Shown: in pieces, positions 1-12,101 of the stretch
Numbering within the stretch: position 1 is the stretch's first letter
How the letters are laid out: the number at the start of each line of letters is the position of its first letter
Assembly: GCF_006345805.1 (NCBI RefSeq)
Contig: NC_043016.1
Span: forward strand, 4,774,001-4,838,000
Reading direction: 5' to 3'
Source of the DNA: Octopus sinensis
Lineage: Eukaryota
Length of the DNA stretch: 64,000 nucleotides
Notes under the pieces: generated by a model
What the model was told of the DNA's origin: nothing
Databases searched by the model: none
The model's input: only the letters and a program-made list of their open reading frames with translations
Translations under genes and position numbers: made by a program

Positions 1-299
1 CTCCCTCGACTTTAGCCAGTGTAGTTCTTTATAAGATATATGTTTACTACTATATACGAAGACGTGTCTGTGGTCGTTCGAAATGCTTGAAATAGCAGTC
101 AAATTTCTCCCCCCAATCACACCCTATTTTCTGAAAAAAGAAAATGATGTACTGGATAATGTACCCCTAAGATTCCCTGTGTTTAAATAAAATGCATGAT
201 GGTTACGGTTGGAGCGCTTTTGATCATGTGTCTGCTAGATGAAGGAATGACCAGGGACTGAGCAACAGCAGCGGGGGGACTAAACAACAACCTGTAGAA

Positions 300-800
300 G
301 TGGAGGGAATCGGAAACAGGAAAGAAAGAAAGAAGAAAGAAGAAGAAAAGAAGAAAAGAAGTGGCCGTGCGCGCGCGTGTTTGTGTGTGTGTGTGTGTGT
401 GCGCGCGCGACTGACTGCGTGCGTGCGCGCGCGACTGAATCTTTTTTGTAAGTAATAAAAGAAGGTGTGGTGGGGGTGGGGGGAAAAGAAGAAGAGGAAA
501 AGAAGGCGGAAGATAACAAGAAAGCGAGAGAAAGAGATAGAAACACATACAAATGGAGATGTAGACAGATATACGTACACACAGACACACACACACACAC
601 ACACACACAAGCATATAATATATGCACAGATATTATATACACAGAGCAAATGAAACACAAACGTATAGAAATGTAATACAAGACACACGAGCACATAGAG
701 TGACAGAAATACTCTACGCAGGCAGGCAGGCAGACAGGCAGGCAGGCAGGCAGGCAGACAGGCAAGCAGGCAGGCGGACAGGCGGACAGGCAGGCCAAAG
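300..800. repeat. Compound simple-repeat cluster: GAA-rich, (GT)n/(GC)n, (CA)n, (GGCA)n
   Basis: Read directly; alternating purine-pyrimidine tract at 366-434 and (GGCA)n at 719-795. Confidence 0.9.
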
Positions 801-892
801 AACAAATCAAAAATTCTACCAACCCATCCAGAAGTGGCAGAGAAATACCGCGTGAAGAAAAGTTAGATTTTCTCTTCGTCTTCTCTGTTTTG

Positions 893-1145
893 GTTTTTAC
901 CAAGAAATTGTCAGATTTTACTAAATCTACCAAAACTGTTTCTATTTTAAACCATCAATTTATCAAATTTTACCAATTCTAACAGTTTTAAGGAAATTAT
1001 TACCAATTTAAAAAAAAATTTACCAAGTTTAGCAATTTCTCTTCTTTCACTGAGATATTGTGTTTATCAAATTTGTTGGGTTTACCAAATTTTACAATTT
1101 TAGCGATTTTCACTTTTACCAAGAATTTTTCTATTTTTACCAAAA
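893..1145. repeat. Degenerate TTTACCAA motif cluster upstream of the ATG
   Basis: Six exact TTTACCAA copies (about 896, 969, 1019, 1081, 1115, 1136) plus TTTATCAA/TTTACTAA variants. Confidence 0.7.
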
Positions 1146-1910
1146 TTTACTTTTTTCTTTTCTTCTTCCAAGAAATCCACTTATTTTTTTTTTCTTACCC
1201 CGTGTAATGATGTTTTTTTATTAAGCGTCAAACTATCGAAGCAGCGAACTGGAATTTGTAGCTGGACTCTGATTCATTTACAATATACATATGTCACACA
1301 TAAATATACGGATTGTTTTCGTTTTTACGGAAATTCTTAGCGAAACGTCAAACAGATACGTATCTTTCTTTCATCACAACAAATATATTTCTTCATAAGT
1401 ACATACTCCTACAAACATATATTATACTTTTGCTGCGTATATACATACATATATTTCAAGTTTATCTTCTTACCAACGATAAAGTTAATCACGGAAAAAC
1501 GATTCTAACTCGCGTTGTGTATACATTTGTAAATAAATATTTGTACATACTTACTTGAACATATACAGCTGTATATACAGACATATATTTGGAAACTCAA
1601 GTTAAAACTTGAAGAGTCAACATTTTCTGCAATTTAATATCTATACGTACATACATAATACGTATACAACATTACGCACGCAATTGACACACGAACACAT
1701 ACACAGAAACACGTGCAGTAGATACACGTACACACACACACACACACACACATATTTATCAGCTCTTGTCTGCGTTCATACATGTGGATTATTTTCCCCT
1801 AAACTTTCGAAAAGTATTGACGTAAAACAAACTTACAAAACAATCAATTTTCGCAAGTGATTATACACGTAAATACATCATCACCAACAACAAATTAACC
1901 ATTATAAGAT

Positions 1911-2460
1911 ATGGCATTCACCTTGCGATTTGTCTGCATTCTAGTCACCGCTTTTCTTCTCTTTGGACAATGTACTCTAGAGTCGAGTACAAGAAGTCCC
2001 AGGAATGGCAGAGGTCGAAGGGGCCGGCGAAGGTACAGGTGTGACGATTTACTTGCTTCTGTAAACAGAATGGTTGAAGATCGTCTGAAAAAGTTTGAGA
2101 AGGATTTCCCTGGGGCTAGTGGGACCATGAGTGCAATGCTTGGTTTGAAACGTGAAAATAACTCGGCTCGGGTCCTCGAACTGGACATGAGATTGAATAA
2201 ACTCAGTGGCGATGTGCTTGACACACGCAGCCTTCTTGAATCACAACATCAAACGCTCAGGTCGATTCGGGATCAAGTTAATACACAAAAGGAAGAAATC
2301 GGAAGGGTGGGTGAAAATTTTACCATACTGGAAGGTGTGGTTCGCAACTTATCAATGATTGCCGACCATCTACAGGAATTACTACCTAGTGTATACGCTA
2401 CAACTACAGCCTATACCCCTATAACTCCACAGACCACTGAAGCTGCTAATCTGCCCAGAG
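1911..2460 (+). CDS. First coding exon of a secreted coiled-coil protein, probably fibrinogen-related (angiopoietin/scabrous-like)
   Basis: Non-repetitive ORF from ATG 1911. Hydrophobic signal peptide (MAFTLRFVCILVTAFLLFGQC), basic RGRRGRRR convertase-type sites, heptad-rich segments, N-glycosylation sequons (NNS, NFT, NLS) and a T/P linker. Ends CTGCCCAGAG|GTAAG (550 nt, phase 1). LPR plus a codon starting with G is compatible with the PRDC start of a fibrinogen C-terminal domain. The family call is inference because that domain is not in the window. Confidence 0.8.
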
Positions 2461-2466
2461 GTAAGC
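2461..2466 (+). other. 5' splice donor of a very large intron
   Basis: AG|GTAAGC consensus donor, followed by an in-frame stop 4 codons later and AT-rich sequence. Confidence 0.75.
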
Positions 2467-3742
2467 CACTTTGACTTTATTCTTTGTAATATGGTTTTTC
2501 TTTCAATTATGTAGCATTTAAAGAATCTTATTCATGATCCAGCATCGGTTTTACACTAAAACTATCCACACACCAGTCATCAACATCATGCAAACTCTTC
2601 CGATACATTATTACTCTGCTCTCCTTTCGTCACCTCAACTGTCACACACACACACAGCCCCAGCAATAACCATGTTTTTACTTATCATTCCTTCCTTAGA
2701 GTTGTCCACTCTCAGGAATTCCCCTTCCAAAGCTGACGTTTTTCCTGTGCACGTCAAATGTTTACACTGAATGTCAACCGCATCAGTCTCATCTGAGGAC
2801 TTGCGAAGGTCATCTCCACTTCTCCTTCCTTCTGGGTAAAACCTTAAATTTGATCGATCATATTTCCCATACGTTTCTTGTATCCAGTATTGAGTTCTTT
2901 ATATTCGTAATTAATAAATTGTTTCAGTGGTTGAAAGGCGGACCAAGCTGAGACACCGGCTTCAATGGGTTTTGCTGATAATATTGATCTCAGAGATGGA
3001 TTTTGCCTTAGGTACCCGGGGTACTTCAGGTTCGAGGGACCCTCATAAACAAAGATTAAAGGATCAAAAATGCACAGCAAACCCCTTTATTGTATACAAT
3101 ACAAGCTGTAAAGTTACAAATACAAACAAAAAATAAATGCAAAAATACTGACCAGGTGTGCATAAACGTTATATGGAAATTACATATAAACATACTTAGT
3201 AAACCTTACACATGATATAAAATGCAAGCACTAACAAGTCAGTGGCAGGGTTGCTAAGAGGTTTTAACAAAACTCTTCGACCAAAATGTTTTAAATAAAG
3301 AAAATCAAGTTAAATTTGAGGCTAATTACATCGCTAAAAGATTCTCAAATCTGTTTCTGATTCCGAGGACGTTTGCCTCACATTCCTCAAACAAGGACTA
3401 GGGAACCACTCCTATAAAGGGACTCGGAGTAGTTGCCCCTTTGTCCCACAAACTCTATAGATCCGGCTCTGCTCTTGGTACTTCTTTGGTATTCATATAA
3501 TCGATAACTGATTGGATAGCTGAAATTACCTAAAGATATGACTCAATGCTAGACATAATTGTGTACCGCTTCTATTTTTACACACAAACATTCACTAAAC
3601 ACACACACACACACACACACACGCGCGCGCACACACGCACACACGCTCACTCACACTATCTCTCATTTCATCAGACACACAGGCACACACGCGCACACAC
3701 ACACACGCACACACACACACAAACACACGCGCACATCTGTAG

Positions 3743-3890
3743 TCTGGTAAGAAACTTGCTTCCCAGCCACATGGTTCCGGGTTCAGTCCCACTACGTCCC
3801 AGTTTGGGGAAATGTCTTCCACTACAGCACCGGGCTGACCAAAGTCTTGTGAGTGGATTTGGCAGACAGAAACTCAAAGAAACCCGTCAT
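3743..3890 (+). mobile_element. SINE family C, 5' half
   Basis: tRNA-like head (GGTAAGAAACTTGCT...GGTTCCGGGTTCAGTCCCAC) and body to AAAGAAACCCGTC, matching the full copies at 12404 and 33119. Confidence 0.8.
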
Positions 3891-3989
3891 GTACACACAG
3901 ACGTACACACACACACACACACACAAAACACACACACACACGGAAAATTTTCCTATAACAGAGCAGAAAATTCGTAGCTAAGTTATATC

Positions 3990-3993
3990 TATA

Positions 3994-4076
<83 letters not shown>

Positions 4077-4085
4077 GCCTCTCTG

Positions 4086-4147
<62 letters not shown>

Positions 4148-4173
4148 AATCTATCTATCTATCTGCCTCTCTG

Positions 4174-4229
<56 letters not shown>

Positions 4230-4230
4230 A

Positions 4231-4285
<55 letters not shown>

Positions 4286-4286
4286 A

Positions 4287-4350
<64 letters not shown>

Positions 4351-4351
4351 T

Positions 4352-4403
<52 letters not shown>

Positions 4404-4408
4404 TATAT

Positions 4409-4440
<32 letters not shown>
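3990..4440. repeat. (TATC)n, then (TA)n and (TG)n microsatellites
   Basis: Read directly. Confidence 0.95.
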
Positions 4441-4445
<5 letters not shown>

Positions 4446-4494
4446 TGTGTAAAAAGCAAATTCGAAAGAAGAAGCACACTAAAATGTAAAGCAG

Positions 4495-4654
4495 TATATA
4501 TAAAGAATGGGGGGAAGGCCGGTTTATGGGGTTCCCTGGGGTTATCCATCCATGAAGGGTTTTGGGGATCTGACGATAGGCCATCAAGCTGAACACTCTA
4601 TGAACGGGAAAATCTAAGGTAATCTCATAAACAAGCCTTCCCCATTTTATATAT
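4495..4654. repeat. Old fold-back (imperfect inverted repeat) in TA-rich context
   Basis: TATATAAAGAATGGGGGGAAGGCCGGTTTATGGGGTTCCCT pairs imperfectly with AAGGTAATCTCATAAACAAGCCTTCCCCATTTTATATA; CTGACGA lies in the spacer at 4570. Confidence 0.55.
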
Positions 4655-4894
4655 TCATATATGTATATATGTACGTGTGTGTGTGTGTGTGTTTTGTCCC
4701 CAGCACCGCTCGACAACCGGTGTCGGTTTGTTTACTTCCTCGAGACTTAATGATTCGTCAAAAATGGACTGGGATCGATTGATTAGATTAAAAAGTCTTC
4801 GAGGTACATACATACAAGCATACACAAAAGCATGAGCGCATTTTACATAAATACATCTATATAACTATGTATGCATTTGCGTATATATGTCTAC

Positions 4895-4925
<31 letters not shown>

Positions 4926-5016
4926 TGTATGTATGTATGTATGCATGTATGTATATATATATATATATATATACAGATAGATAGACAGACAGGTAGGTAG
5001 ATAGATAGATATATAT

Positions 5017-5057
<41 letters not shown>

Positions 5058-5073
5058 TAGATAGATAGATAAG

Positions 5074-5136
<63 letters not shown>

Positions 5137-5138
5137 GC

Positions 5139-5208
<70 letters not shown>

Positions 5209-5210
5209 GC

Positions 5211-5242
<32 letters not shown>

Positions 5243-5300
5243 TGATTGGTTGATAGATAGATGGATAGAGGTGGATGGATGGATATATATATATATATAT
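4895..5300. repeat. (TATG)n/(TA)n/(GATA)n microsatellite block
   Basis: Read directly. Confidence 0.95.
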
Positions 5301-5444
5301 ATGTATATATATGTATTACATACACACGCATATATTTGTCTTTATCTGTACAACTGTACATACACACACACGCATGCATACATATATGTGTATGTATATA
5401 TGTGTATATATATATGTATGTGTGCATATACATACATATATATA

Positions 5445-5818
5445 TTTGCTTCCCTACCATATGTTTCCGGGTTCAGTTCCACTGTATGGTTCTTTGAGTA
5501 AGTGTCTTCTACTATAGCCTCGTGCCGACATCGGGCCTTGTGAATCGATTTGGTAGACGGAAACTGAAAGAAGCCTATCATGTGTGTGTGTGTGTGTGTT
5601 CGTCCCACCACCATTACTTGTCAACCGGTGTTGACGTGCTTACGTCACCGTAACTTAGCACCGTAACTTAGTGGTTCGGCATAACTGACCGATAGAATAG
5701 GTATTAGGCTTATAAAGAACAAGTCCTGGGGTCGGTTTCTTCGACTAAACACTCTCTAAGGTGGTACTCCAGCATGGCACCAGTCGAATGGCTGAACCAA
5801 GTAAAGAAATAAATGAAT
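5445..5818 (+). mobile_element. SINE family C, near full length, internal (TG)n
   Basis: Head, core GTAAGTGTCTTCTACTATAGCC, internal (TG)n, and 3' tail GGTACTCCAGCATGGCACCAGTCGAATGGCTGAACC. Confidence 0.85.
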
Positions 5819-6139
5819 ACAGAAATGTATGTACGATTATAACCATTCACACACACACACGTATATGTTTATACATACAAGCACGTGTATTTCCATCACT
5901 ATTCCGCCTCTCTGTAAACACACACACACACACACACAAACACCGACGGGTATGTATCTTCGAATACGCACAGACGGGTCCGTGGACAAATATGCAAAGC
6001 TCATCAAAATTTCAATTCGATCTGTCGCTTCAACAAAAACTTTCAGCGTTGAAATCACTTGTATAATAAACCTTCTCCTTTCTGTTTACACGCGTGCGCG
6101 CACTCACAAGCATGCATGTATATTATACATACAAATATG

Positions 6140-6176
<37 letters not shown>

Positions 6177-6202
6177 ATAATATATATATATATAATTATA
6201 CA

Positions 6203-6282
<80 letters not shown>

Positions 6283-6307
6283 TAACATCTGTATAGTGTG
6301 TTGTATA

Positions 6308-6489
6308 TATTCTTTCATTCCTTTATTTGTTTTAGTCATTGACTGCAGCCATGCTGGAGCACCTCCTTTAGCCGAACAAATCGACTCCAGGACTTATTCA
6401 TTGTAAGCCTTGTACTTGTATGTATGTATGTATGTATCTATGTATCTATGTATGTATATATTATATATATATAATATATATATATATAT

Positions 6490-6579
<90 letters not shown>

Positions 6580-6772
6580 ATATATATATATATTATATAT
6601 ATATAATATATATACGACGGGCTTGTTTCAGTTTCTATCCACCAAATCCACTCACAAGGTATTGGTCGGCCCGAGGCTATAGAAAGACACTTGCCAAAGG
6701 GCAACGCAGTGTGAGTGAACCCGGTACCATGTGGTGGAAAGCAAGCCTTTTTTCCACACAGCCACGCCGTAT
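6308..6772 (-). mobile_element. SINE family C with expanded internal (TA)n and partial deletion
   Basis: 3' tail at 6308-6418, about 190 bp of TATG/TA repeat, and 5' half at 6612-6772. Confidence 0.8.
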
Positions 6773-6909
6773 GAGTTTATCTAAAATATATTAAAAAAAT
6801 ATATATATTTATATATTCATATTTTGTGTTCCATTTTTCCTGTTTTTATCACCATACCTATATTATATATACAAAATATTCTATATATATGTACACACAC
6901 GCACACACC

Positions 6910-6941
<32 letters not shown>

Positions 6942-7069
6942 CAAAATACTTTTGATGACTAGTTTTAGAATTTTCGTCGCGCCAACTGCGATCTGGTCAC
7001 TGACACAGTTTCACTGTTTACGTGAAGTTAACAGACGGGTTTCGGCATCCGGAGGTTGGGAACAAGTTT

Positions 7070-7140
7070 TAAAGGCGGCACTCCAGCATGGCCGCTGTTA
7101 AATGACTAAAAACAAGTAAAAGATTAAAAGAGTAAAAGAG
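7070..7140 (+). mobile_element. SINE family C 3' tail fragment
   Basis: AAAGGCGGCACTCCAGCATGGCCGC...AACAAG(TAAAAGAG)n. Confidence 0.75.
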
Positions 7141-7453
7141 CCTTTGTGAGTTTTACAATGGCACATTGAGCGCTATAATTGCTTCAGTTATCTGGTTTGC
7201 CTGGGAAGTACATGATTATTTGCAATCTCTGCTTTGAATGTTCCGAGTGGAATGGCATGTTGAACCGCAATGAGTCATCATGGGGTCACTTTTTTAGACT
7301 TAGAATATCCAATGCAGAAGTCGCAAATAATCACAGCGGTGAAACGTACGTAGGGAAGGAATGCTATTGACTTGGGTTTATCACAGTTTCTCCAACATTT
7401 GCTCTGTATTTCACAACCAGTAATACTACTAAGTTCAGTAATAAATACAATAC

Positions 7454-7790
7454 ATTATTATGGCTGCCACCTCGTTATTGAGTATGGCCATTGCACGAAG
7501 CTTAACTGTTACTGGTGCTGTGATCGAATGTGACTTTTTAGCCCAGCTAAAGATCTACAATGTCTTGTACAGAATTGGCAACTAAAACCTTTACTGGTAA
7601 TAGCCGGTTGTAGTTGTAACTGGGCTTCATGTACCTTTGCATGTCGTTTAAGTCCTCCTGCCGAATTACACTCTCTTCCACATGCCTGACATATATGATT
7701 AGTATGGTGTGTAACACCACCACCAGTGGCCAGGTTGTCACTCATCTGTCTCGCTTTATGACTACGAAGATGACTCATGAGTCCAGCTTT
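7454..7790 (-). mobile_element. 5'-truncated RTE-type LINE 3' end encoding C2H2 zinc fingers
   Basis: Minus frame reads KAGLMSHLRSH...CQACGRECNSAGGLKRHAKVH...CQFCTRHCRSLAGLKSHIRSQHQ*. A short 3' UTR (GCAATGGCCATACTC...) ends in (ATA)n and is shared with 59275-59319. Confidence 0.7.
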
Positions 7791-8094
7791 ACATACATAC
7801 ATACATACATATGTGCACGCGCGCGTGTATGTACGTATACACACATAATATATATGCGAAAGAAACGTACTTTGTTGGTGAAAGTGACAGTTTCTCTCAT
7901 TGGGCTTTCCCATTTAAGAATTAAAGTTCGCCCTAATTTTCACTCGCATTTTCTTTAATCTCTATTCACACGCAGGGCGAAAAAGCAAAGCCGTGTGTGC
8001 ATGTGTGTATTTCTATGAGCGTCTGTCTGTATGTGCGTGTCTGAGTATATGTGACTGTGTGAACGTTATTATAAACCATTTATTAAACGCAATA

Positions 8095-8327
8095 CCTATT
8101 TCTTTACTACCCACAAGGGGCTAAACACAGAGAGGACAAACAAGGACAGAGAAACGGATTAAGTCGATTATATCGACCCCAGTGCGTAACTGGTACTTAT
8201 TTAATCGACCCCGAAAGGATGAAAGGCAAAGTCGACCTCGGCGGAATTTGAACTCAGAACGTAACGGCAAACGAAATACGGCTACGTATTTCGCCCGGCG
8301 TGCTAACGTTTCTGCCAGCTTGCCGCC
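8095..8327 (-). mobile_element. SINE family A, full length
   Basis: Head GGCGGCAAGCTGGCAGAAACGTTAGC, B-box GAGTTCAAATTCC, tail CCCCTTGTGGGTAGTAAAGAAATAG. Confidence 0.9.
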
Positions 8328-8573
8328 TTAAACCATCAAACACAAGGAATAGCATTACTATTGTACCCTGTCATCAGAGTTGCTAGAAATAATAATCTAA
8401 TTTCTCCTCAGTAACACACCTTTTTCCTGTTACAAAAAGAAGGTCGTGAAGAACACTGTAGACAGCTATAGATACAGAAAAAAAAAAACCCGAACTGTGA
8501 TCCCGAGAATGCCTTCGATCTCGGGTTTACTAAGTTAGTGTTGAAATAAGGCTGACATCATGAACGTAAATTA

Positions 8574-8781
8574 CTGACAGAAACGTTAGCGTGCCGGGTG
8601 AAATGCTTAGCAGTATTTCGTCTGTCGCTACGTTCTGAGTTCAAATTCCACCGAGGTCGACTTTGCCTTTCATCCTTTCGGGATCGATAAATAAAGTACC
8701 AGTTACGCACTGGGGTCGATGTAATCGACTTAATCCCTTTGTCTGCCCTTGTTTGTCCCCTTGTGGGCAATAAAGAAATAT
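8574..8781 (+). mobile_element. SINE family A
   Basis: Same body as 8095-8327, opposite orientation. Confidence 0.88.
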
Positions 8782-9206
8782 ATAATTCTGCTTAATAGCG
8801 ACATTATATCCTTGGTATCACACACGTTACCAACGTAAAAATAACAGAGAACATTGTCTAAGGGACACTACGGTTTAGCAAGGACTGACATCGAGCTGTT
8901 TAAGTACACACACACACACACACAGACACACAGAGAGCCGCGCATTCATAGCCACATCCACCCCAAATAGTAAAGAAACAACGCTGCTTTCAACGCTGCT
9001 ATGGCTTTACCACCGTCACTGTTATCATAACTTCATATGAACTTGCATCAAACTCTTTGATTCCTTATTTATTGTCTTTCAGTTGAATTATCCGCAGTCA
9101 TGGACAAGCAAATATTAATTCATGTATAGCAAGTTTTTAAAATGTCTAATTGTTATTATTCTTTCATCAAAGTCTGACCAAATTCCTCATACATATCATC
9201 AAAGGT

Positions 9207-9618
9207 GGGATCTTTTCGGTTTGAACGGCAGTTCTTTTTTAGCGGTGTCATATGAAACTGTCACCCATAAATATGACCCTAGTATCGATCTATTACATTT
9301 CAATCTCTTTTAGGGTTAGGGTTAGGGGGGGGGGTATCTTTTTTTCTTCAGAAATGTCAATAAATCCAATCTGTTTCTTAAACGAGGGACATATTCATAC
9401 GGCACAGAATGTTTTTTACCTCAATAGACGTCAGTGATTGGTTGAAATTGCAGAAATTTGAAGAAAAAAACAACAAATATCTTACAAACATAGAATTTTC
9501 TCAATAAAGCCAAGAGAAAAAGATGTTTTATAAACACATTCTACCAGTATACGAAGTTAAAAATTTTTAGTTACCTAGAAATTATGTTAAAAACTGCCGT
9601 TCTAACCGAAAAGATCCC
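9207..9618. mobile_element. MITE-like element with 27-bp TIRs and internal TTAGGG repeats
   Basis: TIR GGGATCTTTTCGGTTTGAACGGCAGTT versus AACTGCCGTTCTAACCGAAAAGATCCC (26/27 complementary). A second copy lies in inverted orientation at 63228-63662. Confidence 0.85.
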
Positions 9619-9736
9619 AGTTATGTAGTTACGCTTTAGTAAAATTGTTTTTGTTTTTTTTTTCTTTGCTAGTAGATTAAATCATTGTGTTTGAAGCTCG
9701 ATCGTTGAGTTGTCTTATTGTATCTAAAAAAGACTG

Positions 9737-9935
9737 TGAGCTGGCAGAATCGCTAGCACACCGGATAAAATATTTAGCGGCATTTCTTCCGACTTTACGT
9801 TCTGAGATCGAATTCCGTCCACTGAGGTCAACTTTACCTTTTATGCTTTCGGGGGCGATAAAATAGGTACCAGTTGAGCGCTGGGGGCCGATGTAATCGA
9901 CTATAACTCTTCCCCAAAATTTCCCCAAAAGGTAT
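9737..9935 (+). mobile_element. SINE family B (related to A, different tail)
   Basis: Head GAGCTGGCAGAATCGCTAGC, shared body, tail CCCCAAAATTT. Confidence 0.75.
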
Positions 9936-10074
9936 TGTGATTCCAATAGACAGAATAACGCGTAAATAATGCGAGTAAAGAATTTGTATATATAAACCGT
10001 GGACTTTGTAATGTCATTAAATATAAATTGTTTGTGTATCTGATACCAGGAATTACTTGATATCACTTGGTAAG

Positions 10075-10400
10075 AAGTGACCTGGCTCTCCGTCGGTTAC
10101 GACGACGAGTGTTCCAGTTGATATGAGCAACCGTACAGCCCTACTCATGTAATTAACATGGAAGTGGTTGAGCACTCCACAAACACGCGTGCTTTTAATC
10201 TAGTTCTCGGGGAGAATACATCATGACACACCGAATGTGACCAAGGCTGGTCCTTTGAAATACAGGTAGAACACATTTTTGTCAGCTGAGTGGAGTGGAG
10301 CAATGTGGAATAAAGAATCTTGCTCAAGGACACAACAAGCTGCCAGGAAACGAACTCGCTGCCTTATGACGATGAGCCGAATACACTAACCTGTATGACA
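10075..10400 (-). mobile_element. SINE family D
   Basis: tRNA-like head (GGTTAGTGTATTCGGCTC...GAGTTCG) followed by the core GTGTCCTTGAGCAAG. Confidence 0.7.
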
Positions 10401-11179
10401 ACGCCTTCACATATATAAACATTTTTTGTCTATACAACACCCAAACTTCGCCAAGTCGTTAAGTACAAAGTCTATGTAAATGTAGCTCCTGGACTTCGCT
10501 GTGTCGTTCAGTATTTGTATATATAATCTTCGGACGTCATTATGATGCTAAGTATTTGTTTATGCAGCACTTGCACTTAAGTTCAATTTATCAAGTATTT
10601 AATTTCACAAATAGAAATATATAATTTTTCAGCAAAACGTAATAAAAAAATTATTAAAAAAAAAAACTCTTCAGCATTACTTTATCTTCCAATATTACGA
10701 AGATACTATGGAGCACATCTTAATTTTCAAGACGATAGTCAGATTATATAAACTAATTCCTTGTGACAAGTCGTTAGTCTGTTTGGACGACCTGTCATTC
10801 CATCTGTAGACACGACATCACTTTGGGATGTATCTTGTAATACATTCCCTAATATGTCATTTTTCTTATTGACAGAGAGATGTCACAAGAAGGAGATTTA
10901 GCCGATTCCTCAAATAGGTTCAGCAACAACGAAGAGGCCATTGCGTTGACCTTACAAAGGATGCAACGTGAAAACGGCGATGAAGCTGTAACAATAGAAT
11001 TTTTTTATCAAGCATAGGTTACTTACAGTGCACACGTACCATATGCAGCCTCTTTTGAATTCGGGCATCCAATATCATTATTCTATAGACACATCTTTTT
11101 GCTGAAATCTTGTTCCAGTTCTGTTTATTTAAATAATTTCATTTCTTTTCCTCCATCATTTTGATAATATATTTAGCAT

Positions 11180-11350
11180 AATGTGACCAAGGCTGGTCCT
11201 TTGAAATACAGGTAGAACTCATTTTTGCCAGCTGAGTGGAGTGGAGCAATGTGGAATAAAGAATCTTGCTCAAGAACACAACAACAAGCTGCCAGGAATC
11301 GAACTCGCGGCCTTACGACTATGAGCCGAATACATTAACCTCTATGACAA
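11180..11350 (-). mobile_element. SINE family D partial copy, near-duplicate of 10236-10410
   Basis: Shares the same private degenerations as the 10.2-kb copy. Confidence 0.7.
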
Positions 11351-11683
11351 GCGTCTTTACATATATAAATGCTATGAACCATACAGAGTGGTTTTGAATT
11401 ATAATTTTAGTTGAGTGGCTTGATTTCTGATGAACAATGTAGACAGAGCCAATATGAATGAAGAACTTGGTCCCCAGCAGTTGCGACAATCAAGCGATTG
11501 GCTTTCTATCTCTCTCTCACCCTGATTCTCTGTCACTCTGTCTCGCTCTCCGCTTTTCTTACTCCTCGCTATATATCTCTTATCTTTAACATGTTTCAGT
11601 CATTACACTGCAGTTGTGCGGCGGCACCGCCTTGCCAACAACGTAGCCTAAATATTGTTTGCACGCCCGCATTTATATGTATG

Positions 11684-11731
<48 letters not shown>

Positions 11732-11798
11732 GTGTGTGTGTGTGGGTGTGTATGTATATATATATATATATTATATATATATATATATATGGGTGTGT

Positions 11799-11845
<47 letters not shown>

Positions 11846-11846
11846 A

Positions 11847-12101
11847 AAAATAATATGTGACAATTATTCAATAGTCAAGATAGAACTCTGAGTTTCGGAT
11901 GCCGAGGTGGAAATCCATAACACCATCCCTTCGATAGATGGCCAGATAACCGAAGAGATGGTGTTGTGGATTTCCACTTCGGCATACGAAACTCAGAGTT
12001 TCATCTTGGCTCCCGAATAATTGTCACATATTATTTTACAGATGATTCCTCTATTTACATAATATTGAGGTCTCTTTCTTTCTTTTGTATCTTACGTTTT
12101 A

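Noticed and set aside
2700-3560. Possible degraded LINE on the minus strand
   Set aside because: Only vague similarity to L1/Tx1 segments and no diagnostic motif I can support.
5945-6000. YLRIRTDGSVDKY resembles the fibrinogen-domain QRRxDGSVDF motif
   Set aside because: No splice acceptor or phase fit, no GGGWT or FG/WLG context, and it is flanked by microsatellites. Treated as chance.
7509-7913. 134-aa ORF as a host C2H2 zinc-finger gene
   Set aside because: The N-terminal part is microsatellite and flank. The finger part starts abruptly at 7790 and ends in a retroelement tail shared with 59275.
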